A stretch of DNA of 64,000 nucleotides from a virus. The translations under genes were made by a program, and so were the position numbers. The stretch lies in IMG/VR virus record IMGVR_UViG_3300032242_001235, positions 1 to 64,000 of that record; one strand, given 5' to 3'. Shown here in pieces: positions 27,193-38,467 of the stretch; positions within the stretch are counted from its first letter, which is position 1; each line of letters begins with the position of its first letter. A model generated the notes under the pieces. That model was not told the origin of the DNA and made no database searches. It worked only from the letters and a program-made list of their open reading frames with translations.

Positions 27193-30100
27193 ATGGCTAA
27201 GCAACTATTAAGAAGTTATATTTTTACCCCTGGAGCTGCTGGTGCTGGCACCATCGCTGTCCAAGGTAACTGGAAAATGGACCAGTTATTGGTTATCACG
27301 AATGTAACAAAAAACACAGTATTGTATAACTTTGCCAGTACAACATATACTGGAACAAGTGTATCATTCAGCCGTGCAAACACCGCAGCATTTCCTACAG
27401 AAATAATGAAATCAGATGGTGTGACAACTATCACATTGGGCTTTGCTACTACTGGTATGAGCAGCACTGATGTGCTACAGATTTTTGTTGAAAGAGCAGA
27501 TGGCGCAGTTATTACTCGTCCATGGGCAATGGGTACTGATGCGTTTGAAAGAACTCGTGTTGCTGCTGCACAGTCCATGATTGACGCTGACTTTGAATAC
27601 GGAATGCAGCCAACTAAGTGGCAGACATTGAGTCAGATTAGAGGCTATCCTGGAATTTATGAAGTACCAGGTACTGATTTGGTAGTAAACTCCATCATTA
27701 CAGATGCCAGTTACAGTAACCAAAAACCTGATGTTAACAGTTTGATTACAGTTAATGCAGGATATCCACACGGTCTTACTACAGGATCTGCAATTACAGT
27801 TAATGCTATTTCGCAAACTGTTTCTAGTTATGATCGTGCAGCAGGATCATTTGTGGTTGACAGTGTAACTAGTGCTACACAATTTACATATTATGCTAAG
27901 GGATTGGTTGGCGTTACCTCTGGTACTAACATTGCACAACAGGCAACTGTAGTTCGCAAAGGCGGATTCTATACTGGATCAAGTTTAACTAACGTGACCT
28001 TTGTAGTATCTGGTTCTGGCGCCGCAACAACTGGTACAGTGACAGTTACTTCATCGGACCCTCATGGATTTATGCCAGGTGCTGCAATTGTAGCTTTCAT
28101 TACAAACAACACTGGTGGTAGTAATTTGAATTATTGCCAAGGCCCATTCTATGTATTGACTGTACCAAGTTCAACTACATTCACTTATATAGCAAGGAAT
28201 GTGGGAACAATTACAGGTACTCCTACAGGATATATCTATGCTCGAAGTGATAGTTATTACTATCATAGACCATTTGATGGCGGCGTGCAATTAGGTACTG
28301 GTGGTCCAAGCCACGGTATGGATGCTATTCGTCAAAGTAAAAAGTATTTGAGATACCAGTCTGGTAAAGCTGTTAACTATAACACTGGTGCTTTGTTTGC
28401 TCCAAACTATTATATTAGAACTTTGACAGCAAGTGGTACCAGCGTTGGATCAACAATTACTGTTGTAATGGACGATAACGATCACGGAGCACAAATTGGT
28501 GCAGTAATTAACTTGCAAAACGTGGTCACTTCAGGATATAACGGAACTTATACAGTTAACGGCGTTCCTGACGAGCGTACATTGACATTTTTAGCCACTG
28601 CAACATTGGGTTCCACTACACCTACATTAGGTAATCCATGTTTATTAGGAGTTCAAAACTGGTATGGTGCAACTGTCCGTGCCGGTACATATGATGACCA
28701 AAACGGAATGTACTGGCAATATGACGGTATTCAAATGTCCATTGGTCAAAGAACTAGTACTATTAACATAGCTGGATTAAGTACAGCCACGGTTGGTAGC
28801 CATATAATTACTGGTGGTAACAGTAGATTTACACAACAAGTAATTGCTGGTGATCGTATTGTAATTAAAGGTATGACGCATGTTGTTACCGGCGTACAAA
28901 GTGATACACAACTTACTGTTAACCCACAATTCCGTGGTGCAAGTAATCAAAACGGTGTAAAACTTGTTAAAATTGTTGATAAACTTGTCCCACAAAGTCA
29001 GTGGAACATGGACCGTTGCGATGGCACAAACGGTATCTACAACCCAAGTGGATATAATTTAAATGTAAACAGAATGCAGATGATTGGTTTGCAGTGGACA
29101 TGGTACGGTGCTGGATTTATTGATTGGATGCTACGCGGACCAGAAGGTAATTACATTACTGTACACCGTATGAAGAACAGTAACGTCAACTACGAAGCAT
29201 ATATGAGAACAGGTAACATGCCTGTTCGTTATCAAGTTATTAACGAAGGTGCTCGTAGCACAATGACCAGTGCCATTAGTACTGTTGATACTGTAATGAC
29301 AGTAACTGATGTTACATATTTCCCAGTTTCTGGATACTTGTCAGTTGATCAAGAAATTATTCAATATTCATCTATCACCACTGCTACAAACACATTTAAC
29401 GGGTTGACTCGTGCAACTGGTTATACACAATTTGTTTCAGGATCTAACAAAACATTCTCTGGTAGTACAGCAGCAAACCATAGTGCTGGAACTGGAGTTA
29501 TCCTAGTTGGTCAAACAGCGAGCCCACAGTTAAGCCACTGGGGTAGTGCATACATGGCGGACGGTGGATTTGATGATGATCGTGGTTACATTTTCAACTA
29601 TGTAGCCAGTAACATTTTAATTAGTACTACCCCAACAACTACATTTGCCATTAGATTGGCACCTAGTGTAAGTAATGCTATTCCTGGAGACTTAGGAGTT
29701 CGTGACTTACTAAACCGCGCTCAAATGAGATTGCAATCTCTAGAAGTTACTGCTGGTGGATCATCTAACTTAAACAGTGCGATGGTTGTTCAAGGTATTT
29801 TGAATCCTCAAAATTATCCAACAAACTTTAGCAATATTAACTGGCAAACATTAAACCTTGGTGGACTACAAACTGGACAGCCAAGTTTTGCACAAATTGC
29901 ACAGGGTCAAAGTATTATTTTTGATAATACTGCAACTAACAGTACACAGGTTACTGGCAATACTAGTTCTGGTACCAATGTATTGACAGTAAACTCTATA
30001 ACTGGTATTTTCCCAGGTGATGTTGTATATGCTCTTAACGGTGCTTCACAAACTTATTCAATTACTGGCGGAACGGTTGTGACTAGTATTGATCCAGCCA

Positions 30101-30396
30101 CGAACAAAGTAACATTAAGTAACTATACTGTTGGACCTATTACAACTGGTAATACTGTGTATTTTACAAGAACTGGATTTGCCATCCCAGGTGAAACTGT
30201 ATTTTCATTCGTTAGTAGCCCTGCTGAACGAGATGTACTTGATTTAACTTTACTAAAAGAAATGACCAATACACCAATTGGTGGACGAAACTGTTATCCT
30301 AACGGACCCGACGTCTTGTTCATTAATGTGTATTTGACAACTGGTGCACCAATTTACGCTAACTTGACCCTACGCTGGGGCGAACCACAGGCTTAA
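27193..30396 (+). CDS. Large virion structural (baseplate/fibre-associated) protein
   Basis: 1067 aa, beta-rich; LLVITNVT..YNFA N-terminus, DAFER.RV...DADFEYG.QPTKW block and three [P/D]HG..G..I small domains. Confidence 0.7.
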   Translation: MAKQLLRSYIFTPGAAGAGTIAVQGNWKMDQLLVITNVTKNTVLYNFASTTYTGTSVSFSRANTAAFPTEIMKSDGVTTITLGFATTGMSSTDVLQIFVERADGAVITRPWAMGTDAFERTRVAAAQSMIDADFEYGMQPTKWQTLSQIRGYPGIYEVPGTDLVVNSIITDASYSNQKPDVNSLITVNAGYPHGLTTGSAITVNAISQTVSSYDRAAGSFVVDSVTSATQFTYYAKGLVGVTSGTNIAQQATVVRKGGFYTGSSLTNVTFVVSGSGAATTGTVTVTSSDPHGFMPGAAIVAFITNNTGGSNLNYCQGPFYVLTVPSSTTFTYIARNVGTITGTPTGYIYARSDSYYYHRPFDGGVQLGTGGPSHGMDAIRQSKKYLRYQSGKAVNYNTGALFAPNYYIRTLTASGTSVGSTITVVMDDNDHGAQIGAVINLQNVVTSGYNGTYTVNGVPDERTLTFLATATLGSTTPTLGNPCLLGVQNWYGATVRAGTYDDQNGMYWQYDGIQMSIGQRTSTINIAGLSTATVGSHIITGGNSRFTQQVIAGDRIVIKGMTHVVTGVQSDTQLTVNPQFRGASNQNGVKLVKIVDKLVPQSQWNMDRCDGTNGIYNPSGYNLNVNRMQMIGLQWTWYGAGFIDWMLRGPEGNYITVHRMKNSNVNYEAYMRTGNMPVRYQVINEGARSTMTSAISTVDTVMTVTDVTYFPVSGYLSVDQEIIQYSSITTATNTFNGLTRATGYTQFVSGSNKTFSGSTAANHSAGTGVILVGQTASPQLSHWGSAYMADGGFDDDRGYIFNYVASNILISTTPTTTFAIRLAPSVSNAIPGDLGVRDLLNRAQMRLQSLEVTAGGSSNLNSAMVVQGILNPQNYPTNFSNINWQTLNLGGLQTGQPSFAQIAQGQSIIFDNTATNSTQVTGNTSSGTNVLTVNSITGIFPGDVVYALNGASQTYSITGGTVVTSIDPATNKVTLSNYTVGPITTGNTVYFTRTGFAIPGETVFSFVSSPAERDVLDLTLLKEMTNTPIGGRNCYPNGPDVLFINVYLTTGAPIYANLTLRWGEPQA

Positions 30397-30401
30397 AAAT
30401 A

Positions 30402-33400
30402 ATGAGTATTCAATTTTCCGGCGGCTTCCAACTTACAGGTGGCTTCACTATTACGACAGAAAACGCTGATAGCAACTACAATTCTACAGTGGTAATGTTA
30501 AATGGTGAAACTGCATCAAAACTTCATACTGCTGATGCTAGTGGCAATAATCTTGCACTTACCCAAGTAGGTGCAGTTGCTACCAGTAAGTTTAATCCAT
30601 TTTTAGGCACAGGTAACTACGGACTTTCTATTGGAGCATCTGACACGCTAGTTACTCCCAACAATGCTGATGCATTTACATTTGGTACTGGTGATTTTTC
30701 TTTTGAAGTTTGGATCTTTTCAAGCGTATTCTCCACAGCATCATATTCTGCACCATTATGGACAAACTATGTATCAGGTGGTGCTGGCCTCAGTTTATAT
30801 TTAGAAGTACATGCTGGTCAACTTAGACTTCTTGATTTTAATGGATCTGGAAGCACCTTTGTCATTATTGGTGGAACAATAAGAGATAACTCTTGGCATC
30901 ATTTAGTAATGACTCGCCAGTCGGGGACAATCCGCGGCTTCATTAACGGTGTTCTAGTTACATCTGCTACTGGAATAACAACCAATTATACTGGCGTATT
31001 TTTAGCCAGTATTGGTCCTGGTCTTGCCGGTAATTATTTTAATGCTAGGATCATTAGGGGTGGTGTTCCAAGCCAATATTCTACATCAACTCTTACTACA
31101 AACGCAGTAGTATTCACTCCACCAACTGTACCGTTTACTGGTTCAGAATCGTTAACTACCAGCACCGCATCTGTAGTATTTTTGGCCGCCCAAGATGCAA
31201 GTTTCATTGATCAAAGTCCAAGATCAGCGCCGCTAACTCCATCAAGCACAGTTAAAGTAGTCACTAATACTCCGTTGGCAAGTCAATTTACTAGAACATT
31301 TTCTAACTATGGTTCAACATGGTTCAATGGATCAACAAGTTATATTCAATCACCAATAGGCAGCTACGCAGATTTTGGCAGTGGTGCATTTACTATTGAA
31401 ACTTGGATCTTTCCTACAGTACCTACAACACAACAGGTAATAGCATTCCATGGTTGGTCTGGCTCTGGCGCATTTAACTATGGTTGGAATGCTCAGATTA
31501 ATACCAGCAATCAGCTGGCATTTTATGCCAACGGTACATTAACAGCGTTTACAGATCTAGTTGTGACTATGAACGCATGGAATCACATTGCCTTTGTTGG
31601 CATTGGTGGTGTGTTAACTGCATTTAAGAATGGTGTTAAGAGCGCAACTACATATACCTATACCGCCATAGTAGCTCGTCCAACAGCTACTACTGTAATT
31701 GGTGGGTGGAACAACAACACAGAAAATATTGCTGAACGCTTGTTCTATAATGGTGCTATTAGTAACTTCCACATTGTTAACGGCACTGCTTTATATACCT
31801 CATCCTTTACAGTATCAACTACACCAATAAGTGCTATTGGTACTAGTGTACTACTAACTTGTCAAAATGCTACAGGCACGATTACAGATGCCAGTACAGT
31901 ATCAAATGCATTGACAGTTGTAGGTGGAACTCGTATTATATCAGCAACCCCATTTACAACAACATATACTAGTGCTGATAGATCAGATGCATCTACATTT
32001 TATGGATCTGGATATTTTAGTGGATCTCCAAATTATATAAGTATCCCTGCTTCTGCCGCATTAGTACTCCCTGCCGATTTTACAATTGAATGTTGGGTCA
32101 ATGCATCGACTTTAAGCGGTAATCAGGGTATAATTGCATCTTCTGGTCAACGGTTTGGATTAATTAGACTTACAAATTATTTTTATTGGCTTGGTTCCAC
32201 TGATCTTTCTGGTAGTTCGATTACCATTTCTGCCAATACTTGGTACCACTTGGCGGCTTCTCGTGTTGGTACTACATTAAGATTATTTGTAAATGGTGTG
32301 CAAGCCAATAGTGGAACTTATTCTGAAGCATCCACTTCAAACATTTGGTATATTGGCAACGATCAAAGTAACGAAATTTTTAACGGATATATCTCCAATA
32401 TACGAGTAGTAAAGGGCACCGGACTTTATACCACTAATTTTGTTCCACCAACTACACAATTGCCTACTGTTTCAGGGACTAGTCTGTTAACACTACAAGG
32501 TAGAACAACTAGCACAAATGTTATTTCTATCTATGATGAAAGTGCCAACAGCCTGGCAGTTACCGCATACGGTTCTCCAACACAGGGCTCGTTCTCACCA
32601 TTTAACCAAGGTGGATATAGTTACTATTTTAACGGTGCAGGTGATTACTTAACTATTCCAGCAAGCACAAACAACGCATTAGGTAGTGATTTTACAATAG
32701 AAGTATGGGTCTATACAACTATTGCAAATCAAACATATGGTTCTGGCATTGCTGGTACATACGATGGCGGTAGTAACGGCGGGTGGAGTTTAATCATTAA
32801 CCGAAGCACTGGCGGACCAATTGGCATTGGATTTATCCATGCAAATGCAATACAACAGTCTTACACAACGGCTTATTTGGCAATTAATACATGGCATCAT
32901 ATTGCAATTACCAGAAGTGGAACTACACTAAAAACATACCTAAATGGCACACAGGTTGCCACAGGAACTTATGCTACAGCAGACACGGTTTCTGCTATCA
33001 ATTACATTGGATCTCAGGGTGTTGGTTCATACCATAACGGTTATATTTCCAATCTTCGTGTAATTAAAGGTACAGCGATTTACACTGCTAACTTCGCACC
33101 ATCATATACTCCATTAACTGCTGTCGATAATACGGTTTTATTAACTGCACAGGCTAATTCGTTTAGTGATGCATCTACATTAACTAACACAATAACAAGA
33201 GTGGGTGCAGCAAGTGTTCGACCATTTACACCATTCCCACAATTTAGAGCATACAATGCATTTGTGGATGGCAGTAGCATTTACATGAACGGTACCAGTG
33301 ACTATATAGCAACACCTGCTAATGCTGCAATGACATTTGGTAACAATGATCATACTGTAGAATTTTGGTACTATTTGCCAAATACTGCCCATGCGGCCGG

Positions 33401-36400
33401 TTATTCTACACAATGGAAATACAGTAGCGGCAGTACACAACAAGGCACTAACGATTATTATTTCCAAACTGGTACTGCAGGAGGTGGCAGTGGCGGCCTT
33501 GCATTAGGTACTGGTGGTGGTTGGGCATTGTCTGCAATCTCAATCTCTGCTACACAGTTCAACGCATTAGCTGGGCAGTGGACACATATTGCTTGGACTA
33601 GAGCAAGCAACGTATTTAGATTATTCTTCAACGGCGTGCTAATGGGCAGTGCAACATACACTGGTAGTATTGCTGCACAGGGCGGTGCTATGCTACTGGG
33701 ACAGGATAGCAGCAATAATTATGGAGGCGGATACTATAGTGGATATCGTGTTATCAACGGATATGCATTGTATACTGGCGGATTCACTCCACCAACCAGT
33801 CCATTGACCGCAGTTCCATATACACAATTATTGACAGCAAACACTGCTACTTTTGTTGACAGCAGTTATAACAACTTCTCTATCACCAGAACTGGCACTA
33901 CATCCACACGCTTTAGCCCAAATACACCAACAGTGTTATCTAATGGTAACAGTGTATATTTTGATGGTAGCACAAGTGCTATTACATTGCCAACAGCATT
34001 TGCATCCACAATTGCTGGTTTGGCAGGTTCCATAACCACAATGGAAGCATTTATTTTCCCAACAAATACTACATCAAGAGATGAAACTATTATTGGTGGG
34101 ATTCCAGCAGTTGGTACAAATGGTAGATGGTCTTTTGTAATTACTACTGGCGCAACAACATTCACTATTAAATTCATATGGACAACTGATACTTCAACGG
34201 CTGTATCAGTAGCAACCACGGTAGTCACTGGTAGAACAAATACTTGGAATCATGTTGCTGTGGTGATTGATGCTTCTATTGCTGCAACTACCAATGTCAC
34301 ATTGTTTATAAATGGAACCGCACAAGGATTCCCATATCAAGTATTCACTTCACAAACATTCACTTATGATTATGTGAAGATTGGATTTGATACTGGTTAT
34401 ACTAACCGATTCACTGGATATATGTCTAACCTAAGAGTAATCAAAGGCACCATTCCCTATATATACAAAATTACTCCACCTGTAATTAATTTAAACACTA
34501 GTACATTCACTCGATTGTTAACTGCACAAACAGTAAACATGAATGATACAAGTGTTAATAGTTTGGTAGCAACTAGGGGCGGAACTACAATGCCTCAAAG
34601 ATTTAGTCCATTTGGAAATACTACTGCTGATTTGGGATATAGTGGGTATTTTAACGGCACTACAGATTATGTACAGGTTCCTGCAGGCCCAGCATTTGCA
34701 CCTGGAACAGCAGACTTTACTGTTGAGGGTTGGTTTTATCCAACCAACACAATGGCCACGCAAGGGGCTATTTGGACGCAATCAATATCAGGTACTAATT
34801 ACTTTGTCATTTTTGCAACTAATAATGTTATTCAATTTTATGGAACATTGAGTGGCGGTGGAACCGCTATTTCCAGTGGATCCAATAATTGGTCAGTCAA
34901 CTCATGGAATCATTTTGCAGTTGTTAGAACTAGCGGATCCGTAAAAGTATACCTTAACGGCATTGCAGGTACTGCTACAGCAGATATTAATAACTATTCC
35001 AATATATCATATGTACCTACTATTGGTAGATATACCCATGTGGCCACTAACTTCTTCTATGGATACATTTCCAATCTAAGATATTTAAATAGGATAGCAC
35101 TATATACTGGTAACTTTACAGTACCTGCCTCACCGTTGGCTGTTACACAAAGTTCTAGTACAAACATTGCTGCACTTACTACTATACCAACTAACGGTAG
35201 TAGTGTGTTTTTTAATGGTAGTACAGATTATTTGACTGCCCCTTCAAATCCTGCGTTTCAATTTGGTACAGGTGCATTTACCATGGAAGCCTGGATTAAT
35301 CCAACTGTGACTGCTCCAACAGTTACGCAGTGGATTATTAGTAATATAGATTCAGCAAGTGGTAATACACAATGTGGTTTATCGATACTTGCTACTTCAA
35401 ATAAATTACAGTTTCAAACTTGGAATGCTGCTATATTAACAAGTACAGCCGCAATTTCTCTTAATGTTTGGACACATGTAGCAATATCATTTGACGGGAC
35501 AACTTATAAATTATTCATTAATGGAGTTTTGGATACCAGCGGAATAACTCTTTATAATTTTAGTTCAGCAGGAACAGCCAAAATTGGATATGCTCTTTCA
35601 GGCAATTCATACTTTACTGGGCTTATGTCTAATGCCCGTATAGTAAAAGGTACAGCAGTATATACTACAGCATTTACACCAAGTACATCACCACTAACTG
35701 CAATAACAAACACAAGTTTATTGACTTGCCAATCAACTACTATAATTGATAATTCAATTAATAATTATACTATCACTTCTTTTGGAACCCCATCGGCTAT
35801 TAAAACACTTAGTCCGTTCGGTAACACCCCGCAGTTGTTGACATTCCAATCAACTACCTTTGTTGATAATAGTACAAACGCATTTACTTTAACAACAGGC
35901 GGAACGGCTGGCCCAGCTTCACTTAGCCCATTTGTAGATTCAACCAATATAACTTCAACAGCATACAGTGTATATTTTAACGGTACTACTGACAATTTGA
36001 CATTACCAGTTAGTACAGCAACAACTCAATTAGGATCATCTGATTTTACTATTGAAGGTTGGATGTTCTTTACTGAAGTTACAAATGATCATACTTTAGT
36101 ATATTGGAATGGTGCTTCGAGCGGATATGCAGCAGTTCATGTAAGACAAATAGCAGGTAAGTGGGCATTGTGGATATCTGCAACTGGCTCAGCTTGGGCA
36201 GTTCAACAAAATACTTTAGGTTCAACAATTACTTCAAATACATGGTATCATGTTGCAGTGGTTCGTAGTGGTACAAATTTTAAATTATATATTAACGGAT
36301 CTGATGTAACCTCTGGTGGTTATACTGTATCAGGATCGTTAATGACAACTTATACAACAAATAACATAGGGTTGTATAATAGTTCAAATTATTACATGAG

Positions 36401-38414
36401 CGGGTATATCTCCAATTTTCGAATGGTAATTAGCACCGCCTTGTACACCGCATCATTTGCACCAACTAATACTCCATTGTCTGCGATTACCAATACAGCA
36501 CTATTGACTTGTCAATCAAGTACTATTAAAGATAACAGTGCTAATGCTGCTACTATCACTACAGTAGGTAGTGCTGCGGTATCCGCATACAATCCATTTA
36601 ATACTAGATATAGTTTTGCATTTAACGGTACTTCAGATTACATAGAATACGCACACAATACAAATCAATGGATTCCAGCATCAACTAGTTTTGCAGTTGA
36701 ATGTTGGTTTATGATGACTAAAACTGGTGCTGAACAAGTTATTTTTACAAAAGGTTATCAAGGTTCACCAACATATGCTGAATTTGCAATGATTGTTACT
36801 AGTGGAAATATGTTAACATTCTTAATGTCTGCTGATGGCGGAAATTGGATTGTTAATATTGCAGATACTGTGGCTATTGCTGTGAACACTTGGTATCATG
36901 TTGCAGGAGTTCGTACTGGTGAAAATATTGTCAAATTATACAAGAACGGTGTAAGTGTAGGAACCCCGGTGTTGACTTCAGTAGCTATGTATAACCACAC
37001 CGCAGGTATTCGCCTTGGTGCTCACATGTCTAGCAGCTATCTACAAGGATTTATATCCAACGCAAGATTTACTGTTGGTGGTGATGCAATATATAGTACT
37101 AACTTCATTCCCACAACATCACCATTGACTACAAGTACTGGTAATACATTATTATTGGCATGCCAGTCTAGTACACTTGTTGATAATAGTGTTAATAACT
37201 TTGCATTAACTGCGGTTGGATCTCCAACAGTAAAAGTAACCAATCCGTTTACTACTAATTACAGTTATTACTTTAATGGTACTAGCAGTGATTATTTGAC
37301 AATACCTGCCTCTGGGGCATTAGATTTTGGAACATCGAATTTTACAATTGAAATATGGGCATATCCCACAGCATCTGGTGCAAACCGTAGATTTTATTCT
37401 AATTGGGGTAGTTCTGGATCAGTACAGATAGGTTTTAGGCAAGAAAGTAATAATACGCTTCGCTTTTTCACAACGACTTCGGGAATTGACTTCTCATCAT
37501 CTACCCTATTGACATTGAATGCATGGAATCATTGTGCAATAGTGAGAAACGGATCTGTATTTACAATGTTCTTAAATGGTATAATTGTTGGTACAGTGAC
37601 TTCTTCATCAGCCATGCCATCCACTGCATCAATACCTACTTACATTAGTACATATGATGGAACAAATGAACCGTGGAGCGGATTCCTTGCCGATCTTCGT
37701 GTTGTGAAAGGTGTAGCAGTATATACTGGTGGATTTACGCCAATAGCTCCACCGTTACCAATATCAAATACCACGGCTACATCAACTGCTACAACTAGCT
37801 TGATAGTTTTGGGTAATAACGGTAGCATTGTGGATCAAACTGGTAAGAGTAATGTCATAGTAGTTGGTGCAACAGCAGTGGATCCATCTGTATACAAATT
37901 TGGTAGTGGGTCAATTAAATTTAACGGAACTACTGATTATCTAAACATAGTTAATACAGGTACTGTAGTGACTGGTAACTTTACTGTTGAGGCTTGGATT
38001 TATCCAACTTCAGTGACTGGATCTACTCGTACATTCTGGACTTTAGGAACAGAAGTTGCCAACAGATACACAACTGGTATTGTTAGTACTTCTTCAATAT
38101 ATACAAACCTTTATGGTGCTGGATCTGTTAACTACGCCAATACTACAATTGTGGCCAATACTTGGACCCATGTGGCAATGGTTCGAAGTGGATCTACAAT
38201 TAAATGGTACATTAACGGAGTTGCATCTGCAACAACTGATACACAATCTGGAACTTTGGGCAACAATTCTACGCTAAAAATTGGCGCAGATTCAGGCGGT
38301 GCAGCACTGTTTGTTGGTTACATGGATGATTTTAGATTCAGTCTAATTGCAAGATATACAAGTAACTTCATTCCACCAACAGCTAGCCTGCCAACTTATA
38401 TGCCATTTGTGTAA
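30402..38414 (+). CDS. Giant poly-LamG/concanavalin A-like domain protein (about 12 domains, 2670 aa)
   Basis: Twelve S..F.G..DY...FT.E.W...W.H.A..R...ING...G..SN.R repeats counted by eye. Confidence 0.85.
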   Translation: MSIQFSGGFQLTGGFTITTENADSNYNSTVVMLNGETASKLHTADASGNNLALTQVGAVATSKFNPFLGTGNYGLSIGASDTLVTPNNADAFTFGTGDFSFEVWIFSSVFSTASYSAPLWTNYVSGGAGLSLYLEVHAGQLRLLDFNGSGSTFVIIGGTIRDNSWHHLVMTRQSGTIRGFINGVLVTSATGITTNYTGVFLASIGPGLAGNYFNARIIRGGVPSQYSTSTLTTNAVVFTPPTVPFTGSESLTTSTASVVFLAAQDASFIDQSPRSAPLTPSSTVKVVTNTPLASQFTRTFSNYGSTWFNGSTSYIQSPIGSYADFGSGAFTIETWIFPTVPTTQQVIAFHGWSGSGAFNYGWNAQINTSNQLAFYANGTLTAFTDLVVTMNAWNHIAFVGIGGVLTAFKNGVKSATTYTYTAIVARPTATTVIGGWNNNTENIAERLFYNGAISNFHIVNGTALYTSSFTVSTTPISAIGTSVLLTCQNATGTITDASTVSNALTVVGGTRIISATPFTTTYTSADRSDASTFYGSGYFSGSPNYISIPASAALVLPADFTIECWVNASTLSGNQGIIASSGQRFGLIRLTNYFYWLGSTDLSGSSITISANTWYHLAASRVGTTLRLFVNGVQANSGTYSEASTSNIWYIGNDQSNEIFNGYISNIRVVKGTGLYTTNFVPPTTQLPTVSGTSLLTLQGRTTSTNVISIYDESANSLAVTAYGSPTQGSFSPFNQGGYSYYFNGAGDYLTIPASTNNALGSDFTIEVWVYTTIANQTYGSGIAGTYDGGSNGGWSLIINRSTGGPIGIGFIHANAIQQSYTTAYLAINTWHHIAITRSGTTLKTYLNGTQVATGTYATADTVSAINYIGSQGVGSYHNGYISNLRVIKGTAIYTANFAPSYTPLTAVDNTVLLTAQANSFSDASTLTNTITRVGAASVRPFTPFPQFRAYNAFVDGSSIYMNGTSDYIATPANAAMTFGNNDHTVEFWYYLPNTAHAAGYSTQWKYSSGSTQQGTNDYYFQTGTAGGGSGGLALGTGGGWALSAISISATQFNALAGQWTHIAWTRASNVFRLFFNGVLMGSATYTGSIAAQGGAMLLGQDSSNNYGGGYYSGYRVINGYALYTGGFTPPTSPLTAVPYTQLLTANTATFVDSSYNNFSITRTGTTSTRFSPNTPTVLSNGNSVYFDGSTSAITLPTAFASTIAGLAGSITTMEAFIFPTNTTSRDETIIGGIPAVGTNGRWSFVITTGATTFTIKFIWTTDTSTAVSVATTVVTGRTNTWNHVAVVIDASIAATTNVTLFINGTAQGFPYQVFTSQTFTYDYVKIGFDTGYTNRFTGYMSNLRVIKGTIPYIYKITPPVINLNTSTFTRLLTAQTVNMNDTSVNSLVATRGGTTMPQRFSPFGNTTADLGYSGYFNGTTDYVQVPAGPAFAPGTADFTVEGWFYPTNTMATQGAIWTQSISGTNYFVIFATNNVIQFYGTLSGGGTAISSGSNNWSVNSWNHFAVVRTSGSVKVYLNGIAGTATADINNYSNISYVPTIGRYTHVATNFFYGYISNLRYLNRIALYTGNFTVPASPLAVTQSSSTNIAALTTIPTNGSSVFFNGSTDYLTAPSNPAFQFGTGAFTMEAWINPTVTAPTVTQWIISNIDSASGNTQCGLSILATSNKLQFQTWNAAILTSTAAISLNVWTHVAISFDGTTYKLFINGVLDTSGITLYNFSSAGTAKIGYALSGNSYFTGLMSNARIVKGTAVYTTAFTPSTSPLTAITNTSLLTCQSTTIIDNSINNYTITSFGTPSAIKTLSPFGNTPQLLTFQSTTFVDNSTNAFTLTTGGTAGPASLSPFVDSTNITSTAYSVYFNGTTDNLTLPVSTATTQLGSSDFTIEGWMFFTEVTNDHTLVYWNGASSGYAAVHVRQIAGKWALWISATGSAWAVQQNTLGSTITSNTWYHVAVVRSGTNFKLYINGSDVTSGGYTVSGSLMTTYTTNNIGLYNSSNYYMSGYISNFRMVISTALYTASFAPTNTPLSAITNTALLTCQSSTIKDNSANAATITTVGSAAVSAYNPFNTRYSFAFNGTSDYIEYAHNTNQWIPASTSFAVECWFMMTKTGAEQVIFTKGYQGSPTYAEFAMIVTSGNMLTFLMSADGGNWIVNIADTVAIAVNTWYHVAGVRTGENIVKLYKNGVSVGTPVLTSVAMYNHTAGIRLGAHMSSSYLQGFISNARFTVGGDAIYSTNFIPTTSPLTTSTGNTLLLACQSSTLVDNSVNNFALTAVGSPTVKVTNPFTTNYSYYFNGTSSDYLTIPASGALDFGTSNFTIEIWAYPTASGANRRFYSNWGSSGSVQIGFRQESNNTLRFFTTTSGIDFSSSTLLTLNAWNHCAIVRNGSVFTMFLNGIIVGTVTSSSAMPSTASIPTYISTYDGTNEPWSGFLADLRVVKGVAVYTGGFTPIAPPLPISNTTATSTATTSLIVLGNNGSIVDQTGKSNVIVVGATAVDPSVYKFGSGSIKFNGTTDYLNIVNTGTVVTGNFTVEAWIYPTSVTGSTRTFWTLGTEVANRYTTGIVSTSSIYTNLYGAGSVNYANTTIVANTWTHVAMVRSGSTIKWYINGVASATTDTQSGTLGNNSTLKIGADSGGAALFVGYMDDFRFSLIARYTSNFIPPTASLPTYMPFV

Positions 38415-38438
38415 TGGATCAAACTACCAGTATTTGCT

Positions 38439-38446
38439 TATAAATA
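38439..38446 (+). promoter_or_regulatory. Full-consensus T4 late promoter TATAAATA
   Basis: Exact octamer 21 nt upstream of the ATG at 38468, with an AGGA RBS in between. Confidence 0.8.
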
Positions 38447-38467
38447 TAGAAACATTAGGATATCACA

